NCBI GenBank assembly: GCA_963782815.1
Contig: CAWALG010000041.1
Coordinates: 11,127-75,126 of the forward strand
DNA from: an uncultured Acidobacteriota bacterium
Lineage (GTDB): Bacteria; Acidobacteriota; Thermoanaerobaculia; UBA5066; Gp7-AA6
Length of the DNA: 64,000 nucleotides
Direction: 5' to 3'
Shown here: piece by piece, positions 21,562 through 30,310 of the stretch
Layout: each line of letters begins with the position of its first letter
Position numbering within the stretch: position 1 is the stretch's first letter
Made by a program: the position numbers and the translations under genes
Notes under the pieces: generated by a model
What the model saw: the letters and a program-made list of their open reading frames with translations, nothing else
Database searches by the model: none
What the model was told of the DNA's origin: nothing

Positions 21562-21935
21562 GCGGAAAGACGGTCTCTCGAGCTCCGAAGAGGATGGAGG
21601 CGGCGGCAAGGATCCGGAAGGCCCGTCTTCGAATCGACGCGATCGACCGAGCAGTCGTTGAACTGCTCGCGTTTCGCGCAAGCGTCGTCGCGGAGATCTC
21701 GCGGGTCAGGGGAGCGCAGAGGAGGGATCCGAAACGTGAGCGAGAGGTCATCCGGAATGCCCTTCGACTCAACGGACGGATGACCAGGAAGCTCGGCGTC
21801 GGATACCCGGATCGCCTGGTCGCAGACATCTTCAAGGTCATCATCGAAGCCGGAGGCGCCGTCCGGGCCGGAGTACACGCCGGCCGCCGGTTCGGCCAGC
21901 CTCGGGAACCCTCCCTGAGGAGTGTCCCGAAGTAA
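21558..21935 (+). CDS. chorismate mutase (AroQ class)
   Basis: …ARIRKARLRIDAIDRAVVELLAFRASVVAEISRVRG…DPKREREVI… ATGA overlap with the upstream stop. Confidence 0.75.
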   Translation: MSGKTVSRAPKRMEAAARIRKARLRIDAIDRAVVELLAFRASVVAEISRVRGAQRRDPKREREVIRNALRLNGRMTRKLGVGYPDRLVADIFKVIIEAGGAVRAGVHAGRRFGQPREPSLRSVPK

Positions 21936-21985
21936 CCGAGCGGAAACCTGGCGCCGCGGGAGCCGAGCGTCGGCTCGCCGACGTG

Positions 21986-22426
21986 TCAGGCGGGTTTTCT
22001 CAGCATCTTCTCGACTTCGTCGACGTGGCCTTCCTCCTGGAAGATCATCTGGCGGGCGTATTCCTCGAGGAAGATCGACCGGCCCTCGACGAGATCGAGG
22101 AGGTCCTTGTAATGGCCGAGCGCGGCCTTCTCGTGCTCGAGGGACTCGCGCAGGATGTCTCCGAGGTCGTGCCGGTGGGTCTCGAGCAGGTGCCCGATCG
22201 AAAGCGATGGATGCTCGCCCAGGTGCGTGATCTTCTCCCCGGCCTCCTGGGCGTGCGTCAGGGACTCGGCGGCCTGCCCGCGCATCCAGGAGACGATCGG
22301 GATGCGGTTGTAGCCGGTGATCATCAACGAGTAATGGGTGTACCGGACGACGCCGGCCAGCTCCGCCTCCAGGATCCGGTTCAGGGTGGCCACGACCGCC
22401 ATCGTGTCAATCGCTTCGTTTGCCAT
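21986..22426 (-). CDS. ferritin-like protein (bacterioferritin/Dps superfamily)
   Basis: From ATG 22426, preceded by GGAGG. MANEAIDTMAVVATLNRILEAELAGVVRYTHYSLMI...LEHEKAALGHYKDLL...QEEGHVDEVEKML. Confidence 0.8.
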   Translation of the reverse strand: MANEAIDTMAVVATLNRILEAELAGVVRYTHYSLMITGYNRIPIVSWMRGQAAESLTHAQEAGEKITHLGEHPSLSIGHLLETHRHDLGDILRESLEHEKAALGHYKDLLDLVEGRSIFLEEYARQMIFQEEGHVDEVEKMLRKPA

Positions 22427-22520
22427 GTTTCCTCCCGGCCGCGATTCTAGCCTCGCGCCGGCCGGGAGGGCTGAAGCGGCGAAGTACAGGATTCTGTCGT
22501 GAGGGCGTACAATACGGACC

Positions 22521-23783
22521 TTGTTCCTCCCCGATAGCGTTCTGGACGGCCAGACTCTCGGCCGACTTGATCGCTGGCGGAAGGCGCGCGCGCTTTTTCT
22601 CCGGGCAGACGGGCCGGAAGCGGAACGCGCCATTTCGCAGGCGATCGGGAAGGCCTGGGCCCGCGCGCAGGTGTACGGCCGCGCGCGGCGCCTCCTGATC
22701 GACCGCAACGTCGAAATCCTCCTCTCGCACCTCGAAACGAGCCTGGGCTCCCTGGCCGAGAAGATCCGCGTCGCGCCCGAGGACCCGGCGCAGACAAAAT
22801 GGGACGCGATCGGCAACCTGACCCCCCTTCCGGCCGCGGGTTCCCAGGTGCGCGCGCTCTGGCTCCTCGACGTGCTCCGGTCCGACGGCCTCTTCGTCGA
22901 GTTCCAGCCGATCTTCGATCTGCGAACGGGCGCGGTCATCGGATACGAGTCCCTCCTGCGCGCGCGCCTGCCGGACGGGACCTGCCGGCCCGCCGCCGAC
23001 ATCTTCCCGGCGGCGCGGGCGCTTCGCATCGAGAAGGCGTTCGAGCGGCTCTCCTGGGTGCGAGCGCTGGAAGCGGCAGGGCGCCTGCCGGCCGAGACGA
23101 TGCTCTTCTTGAACGTCAACCCTCAGCTCGTGCTGAGCTCCGAGGGGCAGCTCTCCGTCCTGGGGGCCGAGGCCGAGCGAGTGCAGTTCCCCTACGCGCG
23201 GCTCGCCCTCGACTTGATCGAGGTCGAGAAGGTCGAGTCGCTCGAGAGTCTCCGGTCGGCGCTCGAGGTGGCTCACGACCTCGGGGTCGCCATCGTGCTC
23301 GACGACATCACGTCCGGCTACGGAACGCTTCGCTGCTGCCTGGAGCTCGCGCCGCGCTGGATCAAGGTGGACAGCGCGATCACCCGCGGAATCGGGCGCG
23401 ACAGGAGGCGCCGGGCGGTCCTGAAGATGCTCGCGCGCGTGGCGCGGGATTTCTCGGTCGATCTGGTCGCCGAGGGAGTCGAGTCGGCGGAGGACCTGAG
23501 CGTCTGCTTCCAGGAGCGGGTCTTCGCCGCGCAGGGCCACTTCCTCGCGCGGCCCGACGAGCGGCCCCTCCCGGCCTCGCCCGAATTCTCGAGCTGGCTT
23601 TCCGCGCGAAGCCCGGCCCCCGAGGAGGCGCCGGCGGGAGAGGAAACGGCGGGGGCCGAGCCGCCGCTCTCCGAATCGGCCGGGACTCCCGAGGCCCGCG
23701 ACGACGCGGCCGGGCCGGGCCAGGCCGAGGCGGTGGCCGAGGAGCCGCAGGCGATCTCTCCGGCGGACACCGAAACGTTGTGA
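22521..23783 (+). CDS. EAL domain protein (putative c-di-GMP phosphodiesterase)
   Basis: …FVEFQPIFDLRTGAVIGYESLLRAR…LFLNVNP…IVLDDITSGYG…IKVDSAI…LVAEGVES…FAAQGHFLARP. Confidence 0.88.
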   Translation: MFLPDSVLDGQTLGRLDRWRKARALFLRADGPEAERAISQAIGKAWARAQVYGRARRLLIDRNVEILLSHLETSLGSLAEKIRVAPEDPAQTKWDAIGNLTPLPAAGSQVRALWLLDVLRSDGLFVEFQPIFDLRTGAVIGYESLLRARLPDGTCRPAADIFPAARALRIEKAFERLSWVRALEAAGRLPAETMLFLNVNPQLVLSSEGQLSVLGAEAERVQFPYARLALDLIEVEKVESLESLRSALEVAHDLGVAIVLDDITSGYGTLRCCLELAPRWIKVDSAITRGIGRDRRRRAVLKMLARVARDFSVDLVAEGVESAEDLSVCFQERVFAAQGHFLARPDERPLPASPEFSSWLSARSPAPEEAPAGEETAGAEPPLSESAGTPEARDDAAGPGQAEAVAEEPQAISPADTETL

Positions 23784-24187
23784 AGGACGAACCCCGGGAC
23801 AGTCCGGCCCTCGAGTCGGTCCGCCTCGACGTCTGGTTGGATGTGGCGTGTCTCGTTCCCACGCGCTCCCAGGCGAAGACGGCCTGCGAGGGGGGCAAGG
23901 TCGAGGTGAACGGGGCGCGCGCCAAGCCGCATCGGGAGATCCGGCCGGGGGACCGCCTGACGATCACGACACGGCGGGGCGACCCGCGCGAGATCATCGT
24001 CCGGGGACTCGCCGAGCGCTCCATCCCGAAAGCGGAGGCGCGCAAGCTCTACGAGGACGTCACGCCTCCGGTGCCTCCCGAAATCGCCGAGGCGCGGAGA
24101 CTCGACCGCCTGCTCGCTCCGAGGGAGGACGCGGGCAGGCCGGACAAGAGGGAGAGGCGAGAGCGAATTCGCGGGAAGGGGCGCTAG
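23780..24187 (+). CDS. S4-domain RNA-binding protein (Hsp15-like)
   Basis: The tail of ORF 22799..24187, from GTG 23780, overlaps the EAL stop. VRLDVWLDVACLVPTRSQAKTACEGGKVEVNGARAKPHREIRPGDRLTI. Confidence 0.7.
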   Translation: MKDEPRDSPALESVRLDVWLDVACLVPTRSQAKTACEGGKVEVNGARAKPHREIRPGDRLTITTRRGDPREIIVRGLAERSIPKAEARKLYEDVTPPVPPEIAEARRLDRLLAPREDAGRPDKRERRERIRGKGR

Positions 24188-24192
24188 GAAGA

Positions 24193-24230
24193 AAGAGTCT
24201 AAGGTCTAAGGTCCCGGGGCCTTAGAGTCT
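24193..24230. terminator. word-hairpin (GGTCTAAG family) directly after the S4 gene stop
   Basis: AAGAGTCTAAGGTCTAAGGTCCCGGGGCCTTAGAGTCT. Stem formed by the AGACTCTAAGG segment, with loop-region sequence GGTCCCGGGGCC shared with the copy at 62319-62403. Confidence 0.6.
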
Positions 24231-24261
24231 CGCTCCTCGACTGCGGGGCGGTACAATCGGG

Positions 24262-24552
24262 ATGATGGACTTCGAAGTTCTCTGCCCCTGCTGCAATGCT
24301 CGGCTCAAGGTCGATTCGGAGCTGAAGGCGATCATCGATCATGAGGCGCCGAAGGTGGCCCGCAAGTTCGGAACGGTGGACGAGGCGGTGGGAGCTCTGA
24401 AGAGCCATGACGCCGAGCGGGAGAAGAAGTTCGCGGCTTCCATCGAGGCGGAGAAATCCAAGAAGGACGTCCTGAACCGGAAGTTCAACGAGCTCTTCGA
24501 GAAGACGAAGGGCGACACCTCCCGGCCGATCCGCGACATAGACCTGGATTGA
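24262..24552 (+). CDS. small zinc-ribbon protein, hypothetical
   Basis: MMDFEVLCPCCNARLKVDSELKAIIDHE... followed by a charged coiled region. Confidence 0.55.
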   Translation: MMDFEVLCPCCNARLKVDSELKAIIDHEAPKVARKFGTVDEAVGALKSHDAEREKKFAASIEAEKSKKDVLNRKFNELFEKTKGDTSRPIRDIDLD

Positions 24553-24651
24553 GCTCCGTCAGTCCTAGGCGAAGCGCGTAAGGTCAGTCGGTCGGAGCTG
24601 CGTCGGTCACGGTGCCTCGACTGCGAACTGCAGAACTGACAGACTGAGAAC

Positions 24652-25180
24652 TTGTCTGCTTTCCATCGGCGTCTTCGGCTCGAGTCTTCCGCGCGAGGGG
24701 AGCGCGGCTTACGAGGACGCGCGCGAGGTCGGCCGGGAGATCGCCCGGCGCGGGGGTCGGGTCGTCTGCGGCGGATACGGCGGTGTCATGGAGGCGGCCT
24801 GTCGGGGAGCGGCGCAGGAGGGCGGAGCGAGCCTCGGGGTCCTGCTCGAAGGCCGCGGCGACGGGAACCGCTGGCTGACGGAGCGCGCGCGGGAGAAGGA
24901 CCTTGCCGGGCGTCTGAGGCGCCTGCGCGACGAGTCGGACGGGTGGATCTTCCTGCCGCGCGGGCTCGGCACGATGCTGGAGATCGTCTGGATCGCCGAG
25001 TCGGTGGTGAAAGGGGACGCCACGGCGAGGCCCTTCGTGCTGCTGGGAGAGTTCTGGCGGCCGACCGTCGAGACGGCCCTCGCGGAGGCGTCGAATCCCG
25101 AAGGCGCGGCGAGGTTGCGCGCTGCCGTGCGATTCGCGGCGTCGCCGGCCGAAGCGGTGCGAGCGGCAACCAGTCCCTGA
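24652..25180 (+). CDS. LOG/TIGR00725-like Rossmann protein, frameshift in a T-run near 24660
   Basis: Hand-read frame: ...SIGVFGSSLPREGSAAYEDAREVGREIARRGGRVVCGGYGGVMEAACRGA, continuing in ORF 24788..25180 (…GWIFLPRGLGTMLEI…). The only start is TTG 24652, one frame off. Deleting one T of TTT restores MSASIGVFGSS. Confidence 0.7.
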
Positions 25181-25238
25181 TCCCGATGCAAACGGCCGCC
25201 CCTACAGCCACAAGACACGACAGAGACTCCGGTGGTGT

Positions 25239-25270
25239 TGTAGGGGAGGGGCTCGCCCCTCCCGCCTCTG
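25239..25270. repeat. REP-like hairpin TGTAGGGGAGGGGCTCGCCCCTCCCGCCTCTG
   Basis: Same family as 63499-63529 and 63688-63714. A partial inverted copy, CCCCTACAG, lies at about 25199. Confidence 0.65.
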
Positions 25271-25280
25271 GTCGTGCCCT

Positions 25281-26249
25281 TCAAGCCTTCTGGTAGCCCA
25301 TCTGCCTCAACAGCTCGATGCGCCTGGCGATGGGGGGGTGCGTCGAGAAGAGGTTCGCCCATCCGCTTTCCTTGTCGTTCAAGGCGCGGCCGCGCGGGTC
25401 GGCGATGCAGAGGTGCGCGACTCCCTGCTTGATGGACTCGGTCGGCGCGACGGCCGCCTCGATCTTCTGGAGAGCGGAGGCGAGCGAGAGAGGGTTTCGC
25501 GTCAGCTCGGCTCCCGACGCGTCGGCCAGGTACTCGCGCTCCCTCGAGACGGAGAGGGCGACGAGCTGCGCGATGAGCGGCGCGAGGATCAGGGACACGA
25601 TCCAGACCACAAAGAAGACGAGCGCGAAGACGCCTCCTTCACCCTGGCTGTTCGACGAGCGGCGCCGCCCGCCGCCCCACCAGAGGCCGCGCCGTCCCCA
25701 GTCGGAGAGGAGCAGCACCGAGCCGACGAGCGCCGCGACGACCGTCATCAGGCGGATGTCGTAGTTCTTGACGTGCGACATCTCGTGCGAGACGACGCCC
25801 TGGAGCTCCTCCCGGTTCAAGGCGTCGAGCAATCCCGCCGTGACGGCGATCGAGGACTTCTGCGGCCCGGGACCGGTCGCGAACGCGTTGGGGTCGGAAT
25901 CCGGAATGATGTAGACGGCGGGCTTGGGCACGCCGCCCGCGATCGCCATCTCCTCGACGACGTTGTCGAGCATCCTCTGTTTCGGATCGTTCAGGTCGAC
26001 CGGGACCGCGCGCGTGGACTCCAGGACGGCCTTGTCCCCTCCCGCGAGCGCCCACCACGCGGAGAACCCCCCGAGGCACACGGCCCCCAGCGTCGCGATC
26101 GGAAACCCCGGCCCGACTCCCGATCCGAAGAGGAACGCGTCCGCCCCCATGCCGAGGAACGCGAGGAAGAGGACGAAGCCGACGAGGATCACTCGCGTTC
26201 GAGCGATGTTTCGCTTCTGCTGGTCGTAGAGGTTGATTGGAGTAGTCAA
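25281..26249 (-). CDS. htpX: M48 family zinc metalloprotease HtpX-like
   Basis: ORF 25281..26249. HEMSH zinc motif (VVSHEMSHVKNYD), multiple TM segments, …REREYLADASGAELT…. Confidence 0.9.
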   Translation of the reverse strand: MTTPINLYDQQKRNIARTRVILVGFVLFLAFLGMGADAFLFGSGVGPGFPIATLGAVCLGGFSAWWALAGGDKAVLESTRAVPVDLNDPKQRMLDNVVEEMAIAGGVPKPAVYIIPDSDPNAFATGPGPQKSSIAVTAGLLDALNREELQGVVSHEMSHVKNYDIRLMTVVAALVGSVLLLSDWGRRGLWWGGGRRRSSNSQGEGGVFALVFFVVWIVSLILAPLIAQLVALSVSREREYLADASGAELTRNPLSLASALQKIEAAVAPTESIKQGVAHLCIADPRGRALNDKESGWANLFSTHPPIARRIELLRQMGYQKA

Positions 26250-26395
26250 GGTGTCAGGGAACAGGTTTCAGGGGAAACGCAGGTGTCAGGTATCAGGTGC
26301 CAGGTGTCAGGGACGGGGGCCTGATTCTTCACCTGACCCCTGATACCTGGCACCTGATACCTGCATTTCCCCTGACACCTCAAAACCTGAAACCT
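26249..26395. repeat. about 147-nt imperfect palindrome built from CAGGTNTCAGG words, between lemA and htpX
   Basis: Left arm AGGTGTCAGGGAACAGGTTTCAGGGGAAACGCAGGTGTCAGGTATCAGGTGCCAGGTGTCAGGG. Right arm CACCTGACCCCTGATACCTGGCACCTGATACCTGCATTTCCCCTGACACCTCAAAACCTGAAACCT. Confidence 0.8.
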
Positions 26396-26436
26396 ATTTC
26401 GGTCTCAAACTCAGATCGACCTGGGGGGCTTCCCTC

Positions 26437-26976
26437 TCACGCAGCGTCCTTGATCTCGAACAGCTCCACCGGCTGGAACTTGAACGTCTGCGCGATGTAG
26501 CTGTCGGGGAAGACCTGCTGGGCGGTGTTGAAGCGCGTCGCGATGTCGTTGTAGAACTGGCGCGCGAACCCGATCTTGTTTTCCGTCGAGGAGAGCTCCT
26601 CCATGAGCGCCTTGACGTTCTCGTTCGCCTTCAGGTTCGGATAGTTCTCCGCCAGGGCGAAGAGGCGGGAGAGAGTCTGCGTCAGCGCGTTCTCCTTCTC
26701 CGCGGAGTCGGCCACGCCCCGGGCGGCGACCGCGGTGTTGCGCGCGGTGATCACCTTCTCGAGCGTGTCCTGCTCGAACTGCATCTCTCCCTTGACCGAG
26801 GCGATGAGGTTGGGGATCAGATCGTGGCGGCGCTTCAACTGGACGTCGATCTGCTTCCAGCCGTTGATGACCTGGTTCTTCAGCGCGATCAGGTTGTTGT
26901 AGCGCCAGATCGCCCAGAGAACCGCCAGAAAGGCGATGACGATCAGGAAGAAGAAACAGCCTCCGATGGCAGCCAT
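26437..26976 (-). CDS. lemA: LemA family protein
   Basis: ORF 26437..26976. N-terminal TM, then …RYNNLIALKNQVINGWKQIDVQLKRRHDLIPNLI…AENYPNLKANENV…. Confidence 0.92.
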   Translation of the reverse strand: MAAIGGCFFFLIVIAFLAVLWAIWRYNNLIALKNQVINGWKQIDVQLKRRHDLIPNLIASVKGEMQFEQDTLEKVITARNTAVAARGVADSAEKENALTQTLSRLFALAENYPNLKANENVKALMEELSSTENKIGFARQFYNDIATRFNTAQQVFPDSYIAQTFKFQPVELFEIKDAA

Positions 26977-27052
26977 GTGTCTTAGCTCCTCTCCCTGTAT
27001 TTACGAAAAGCCGGGCGGGAAGTTCGAGAGTTCCGGTCGACGGCCTTTCGAA

Positions 27053-27132
27053 AGGCGTGAGGCGTAAGGCGTGAGGCGTGCCGTTTCCGCTTCACGTGCT
27101 TCGCCTTACGCCTACCGCCTGACGCCTCACGG
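27053..27132. repeat. word-hairpin, GGCGTNAG family
   Basis: AGGCGTGAGGCGTAAGGCGTGAGGCGTGCC ... CTTCGCCTTACGCCTACCGCCTGACGCCTCACGGC. Lies between the DGQHR stop and the lemA start. Confidence 0.75.
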
Positions 27133-27133
27133 C

Positions 27134-28262
27134 TCAGGCGTTGAGTCCCTGGCGCAGCTCGCGGGCGAGGATCTCGACGGCGGAGCGCGTGCCGCCGGTC
27201 AACTTCTCCTTCCAGGCCGCCTCGGTCTCGAATCGCCGGTCGCCGATGGCTTCCGCCCACGGGCGCAGGGCCGCGTCCAGCTCGCCGGCAGACCAGACGT
27301 CGCCGCCGCGGCTCCGGATCATCGCGATGACGTACGGCACGATGCGGATGAAGGCGCGCAGCGAGGTCGCGGTGCGGATCGCGTACTTGCGGCCGGCGAA
27401 CGCCACCGGGAAGGCGCGCGCCGCGGCCTTGAAGTAGTTCAGGAAGAAGCGCCGCGCGTTCTCGCGGAACTCCTTCGACATCCTGCCGCCGGCCGCGTCC
27501 ATCGACGCGAACACGTCGCGCAGCTCGTCGGCGAGGGAGGCCTGCGTCACGGTGCCCCTGCCGATTCCCAGCACCTTGATCTGCCCCTTCAGCGGCGAGT
27601 GCTCGTCCTCGTTCAGCGCGCGGATCACGTCGTGCGCGGCGGCGAGGTTCTCGTCCCGGTAGAGGCGGCGGCCCGAGAGCGAGATCAGGTGCGAGGGATT
27701 CAGCTTCGTGTGCTTGCTGTTGATCGTGACGAAGAGCTCGACGACCTGGTCGGCCGTCAGGTTGTCGAAGACGACGGCCGGCACCTGGAAGTCCTTCAGG
27801 TTGTGTTTCTCGGCGAGCTGGTGGAGAGCCAGGAGCCGGTGCTGCCCGTCCAGGGCCCGGAGGATCCCCGACTCTTCCGGGAGCTTCAACGATCCCGAGT
27901 CCGAGCGCCCCGAGGACCCGGCGAAGTCGAGCCGCCGGTCGGAGACCAGGAGCACGCTGCCGGGGATCGCGGGCAACGTGCCGGAGTCCGCGCACTGGAG
28001 GTAGTAGGCGACGAGCTCCTCGATCTTCTTCTGGATGATCGGACGCTGGAAGGCCTGCTCCGAAGCGGCGATCTTCTTTTCCAGGAACTCCCAGTTGACG
28101 CGTCCGGACACCCTCTTCTTCTGTGCCGCGCGTGGTCTGGCTGCCGGGCCCGAAGGAGAGGACCTCGAAACCGACGAGCGTCTGAAGGTCCGCCCCCGAG
28201 AGCAGGGCCTCGTAGAAGCTGACTCCGAACTGATTCAGCCGAAGCGAGGGAACGGACAGCAT
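27134..28262 (-). CDS. DGQHR domain protein (DndB/DpdB-like), frameshift near 28115
   Basis: The head of ORF 26982..28262 (MLSVPSLRLNQFGVSFYEALLSGADLQTLVGFEVLSF...) joins ORF 27134..28111 (…ILRALDGQHRLLALHQL…VVELFVTINSKHTKLNPSHL…). Confidence 0.82.
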
Positions 28263-28330
28263 CCTGTACCCCTCCTTTATGTGTCGCGCGGATTATACGA
28301 GACAGCTAAAAAGGGCCTAAGTTATTGGAG

Positions 28331-28437
28331 GATCGGGTGATCGGGTGATCGTGCGATCGGGTGATTGAAGCGAGATAGGCCCCGGGGTCAAATCAGATCA
28401 CCCGATCGCAGATCACCCGAATCACCCGATCACCCGG
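28331..28437. repeat. word-hairpin, CGGGTGAT family
   Basis: GATCGGGTGATCGGGTGATCGTGCGATCGGGTGATTG ... CAGATCACCCGATCGCAGATCACCCGAATCACCCGATCACCCGG. Confidence 0.75.
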
Positions 28438-28441
28438 TCCC

Positions 28442-28786
28442 TCAGGGGGGTGTCACCGTCCGCCAGTCCTTGCCTCCGACCATCTCGTCGTAGAGGCGGC
28501 TCGCCCCCGCGATGATCCCCTTCAGCTCCGTCGTCAGGACGCCTTCGAGCTCCGGCAGGGATTCCGGGCTCGTCACGGGGACCGAACACTCGACGCTGGT
28601 CGAACCGAGGAAGGCGTAGAAGGGGGAGCCGCGCCGTGTCCAGTCCGTGTCCTTGCGGCGATGCTTGACCATGAGGAAGGACGCGAGGCGGCGCTCGTCC
28701 CACGGATGTTCCAGCGACCAGCGGAAGTTCGCGCGCCACCCCTTGTGCTGCACCTCGGGCTTTTCTGTCGCGAGTCGGATCGGCAT
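28442..28786 (-). CDS. hypothetical protein
   Basis: ORF 28442..28786 (MPIRLATEKPEVQHKGWRANFRWSLEHPWDERRLASFLMVKH...). Composition looks protein-like. No family recognised. Confidence 0.45.
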   Translation of the reverse strand: MPIRLATEKPEVQHKGWRANFRWSLEHPWDERRLASFLMVKHRRKDTDWTRRGSPFYAFLGSTSVECSVPVTSPESLPELEGVLTTELKGIIAGASRLYDEMVGGKDWRTVTPP

Positions 28787-28829
28787 AAGTTTGTTTTACG
28801 ATACCATTCCGGCCAAACCGAATGGCAAC

Positions 28830-29591
28830 ATGAAAACGTTCTTCGTTTCCGGCCTCCTGCTGCGGCTGCTCCTCGCCGGCCCGCCGACGCCGGCCGCCCC
28901 GGCGGAAGGGGACGTCTATTCCTCCAACCTGATGGTGGACCAGGACGTCACGGTCTCCTGCCAGATCATGGGAGTCATCGAGACGATCCACGTGGACCGG
29001 GGCAGCGTCGTCGCCAAGGGCCAGCCGCTCGCGACGCTGCACACGGGGGAGTTCGACGCCGAAGTCAACCTGACGAAAGAGAACATGGAGCTGGCCAAGC
29101 TGCAGCTCGACCGCGCCAGGGCCCTGTCGGCGGACAGCGTCATGAGCAAGGCGGACCTGGACACGGCTCGCGCGCAGTACGCGGTCGCGGTGGCCAACTG
29201 GGAAAAGGCGAAGGCGATCCGGGAGTATGCCGTCATCCGCGCGCCTTTCGCAGGAGTTGTCACGGAGAAATACGCTCGCGTCGGCCAGAAGATGATTGAC
29301 GTCCAGAACATCCCGCTCTTCAAGATCACGGCCTCCGAGCCTCTGCTCGCGCGCATCTATGTCCCCGAGAAGGACTTGTTGACGATTCGGCGAGGGGCGG
29401 TCGTGGACGTGGTTCCGGTCACCTTCCCTCAGGCCCGCACGAAAGGGACGGTCGATTTCATCAGCCCGACGGTGGATCCGGCCAGCGGGACCTTCCAGGT
29501 CATCATCCGGGTCCGCCGGGAGCCGGCGCAGTCGATTCTTCGGCCGGGTCTCGCCGTGCAGGTCCGGCTGCCCGCCGCCGGCCGCCCGTGA
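28830..29591 (+). CDS. secreted HlyD/MFP-type periplasmic adaptor (stand-alone, 253 aa)
   Basis: From ATG 28830: MKTFFVSGLLLRLLLAGPPTPAAPAEG (signal peptide). Then a lipoyl-like hairpin, …QPLATLHTGEFDAEVN…coiled coil…YAVIRAPFAGVVTEKYARVGQ…, and a beta-barrel. Confidence 0.85.
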   Translation: MKTFFVSGLLLRLLLAGPPTPAAPAEGDVYSSNLMVDQDVTVSCQIMGVIETIHVDRGSVVAKGQPLATLHTGEFDAEVNLTKENMELAKLQLDRARALSADSVMSKADLDTARAQYAVAVANWEKAKAIREYAVIRAPFAGVVTEKYARVGQKMIDVQNIPLFKITASEPLLARIYVPEKDLLTIRRGAVVDVVPVTFPQARTKGTVDFISPTVDPASGTFQVIIRVRREPAQSILRPGLAVQVRLPAAGRP

Positions 29592-30310
29592 CCGATCCGC
29601 GCCCCCCGCGGGGAGGCAAGCGTCTGCGGTCGACCCTCGACCGGGTGCTGATCCACGACATCAAGAACATGGGCTTCCGGCTCCAGATGCTGCGGCAGAA
29701 CCTCGACACCCACTACGGGGATCCGGAGTTCAAGCAGACGGTCCAGGACCTTCTCGCCTCGACCATCGATCGGCTGGACGGCATCGTCGGGCGCTGGTCG
29801 TCCGAGCAGCAGCAGGTCCTCATCAAGGTCGCGCTGGACGTCAACGGTCTCCTCCGGGAGATCGCGGGAGGAGCGACGCGCCGCGGCGGCCGGCTCGACC
29901 GCGCCCAGGCCGCGAAGCTGCCGGAGCTCTCGCTGGCGCTCGGCTCGGTTCCGGCGATCTGGGGCGATCCGTATTTTCTTCGCGACGCGCTCTCCTCCCT
30001 GATCGACAACGCGCTCGAAGCGGCCGCGCCGTCGGGAAGGGTGCTCATCCGCAGTTTCAGCGAGGCCCGGGGCAAGCGCGAGCGCGTGGTCGTCGAGATC
30101 ATCGACAACGGCGAAGGGATGTCGGAGGACTTCGTCCGGGAGCGGCTCTTCCGCCCCTTTCAGACCACCAAGCCGGACGGCGTCGGGCTGGGACTCTTCA
30201 CGGCCAGCCAGATCGTCCGGCATCACGGGGGCAACATCCGTGTCCGAAGCCTCGCCGACGAAGGGACGGTCATTCGCGTGGCCTTTCCGGCCGCGGTCGT
30301 CGAGTCGTGA
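29588..30310 (+). CDS. soluble histidine kinase core (DHp + HATPase_c only, no sensor or TM domain)
   Basis: GTG 29588 overlaps the adaptor stop. H-box LIHDIKNMGFRL, N-box SSLIDNALEA, G-boxes IDNGEGM and GVGLGLF. 240 aa. Confidence 0.88.
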   Translation: MTDPRPPRGGKRLRSTLDRVLIHDIKNMGFRLQMLRQNLDTHYGDPEFKQTVQDLLASTIDRLDGIVGRWSSEQQQVLIKVALDVNGLLREIAGGATRRGGRLDRAQAAKLPELSLALGSVPAIWGDPYFLRDALSSLIDNALEAAAPSGRVLIRSFSEARGKRERVVVEIIDNGEGMSEDFVRERLFRPFQTTKPDGVGLGLFTASQIVRHHGGNIRVRSLADEGTVIRVAFPAAVVES

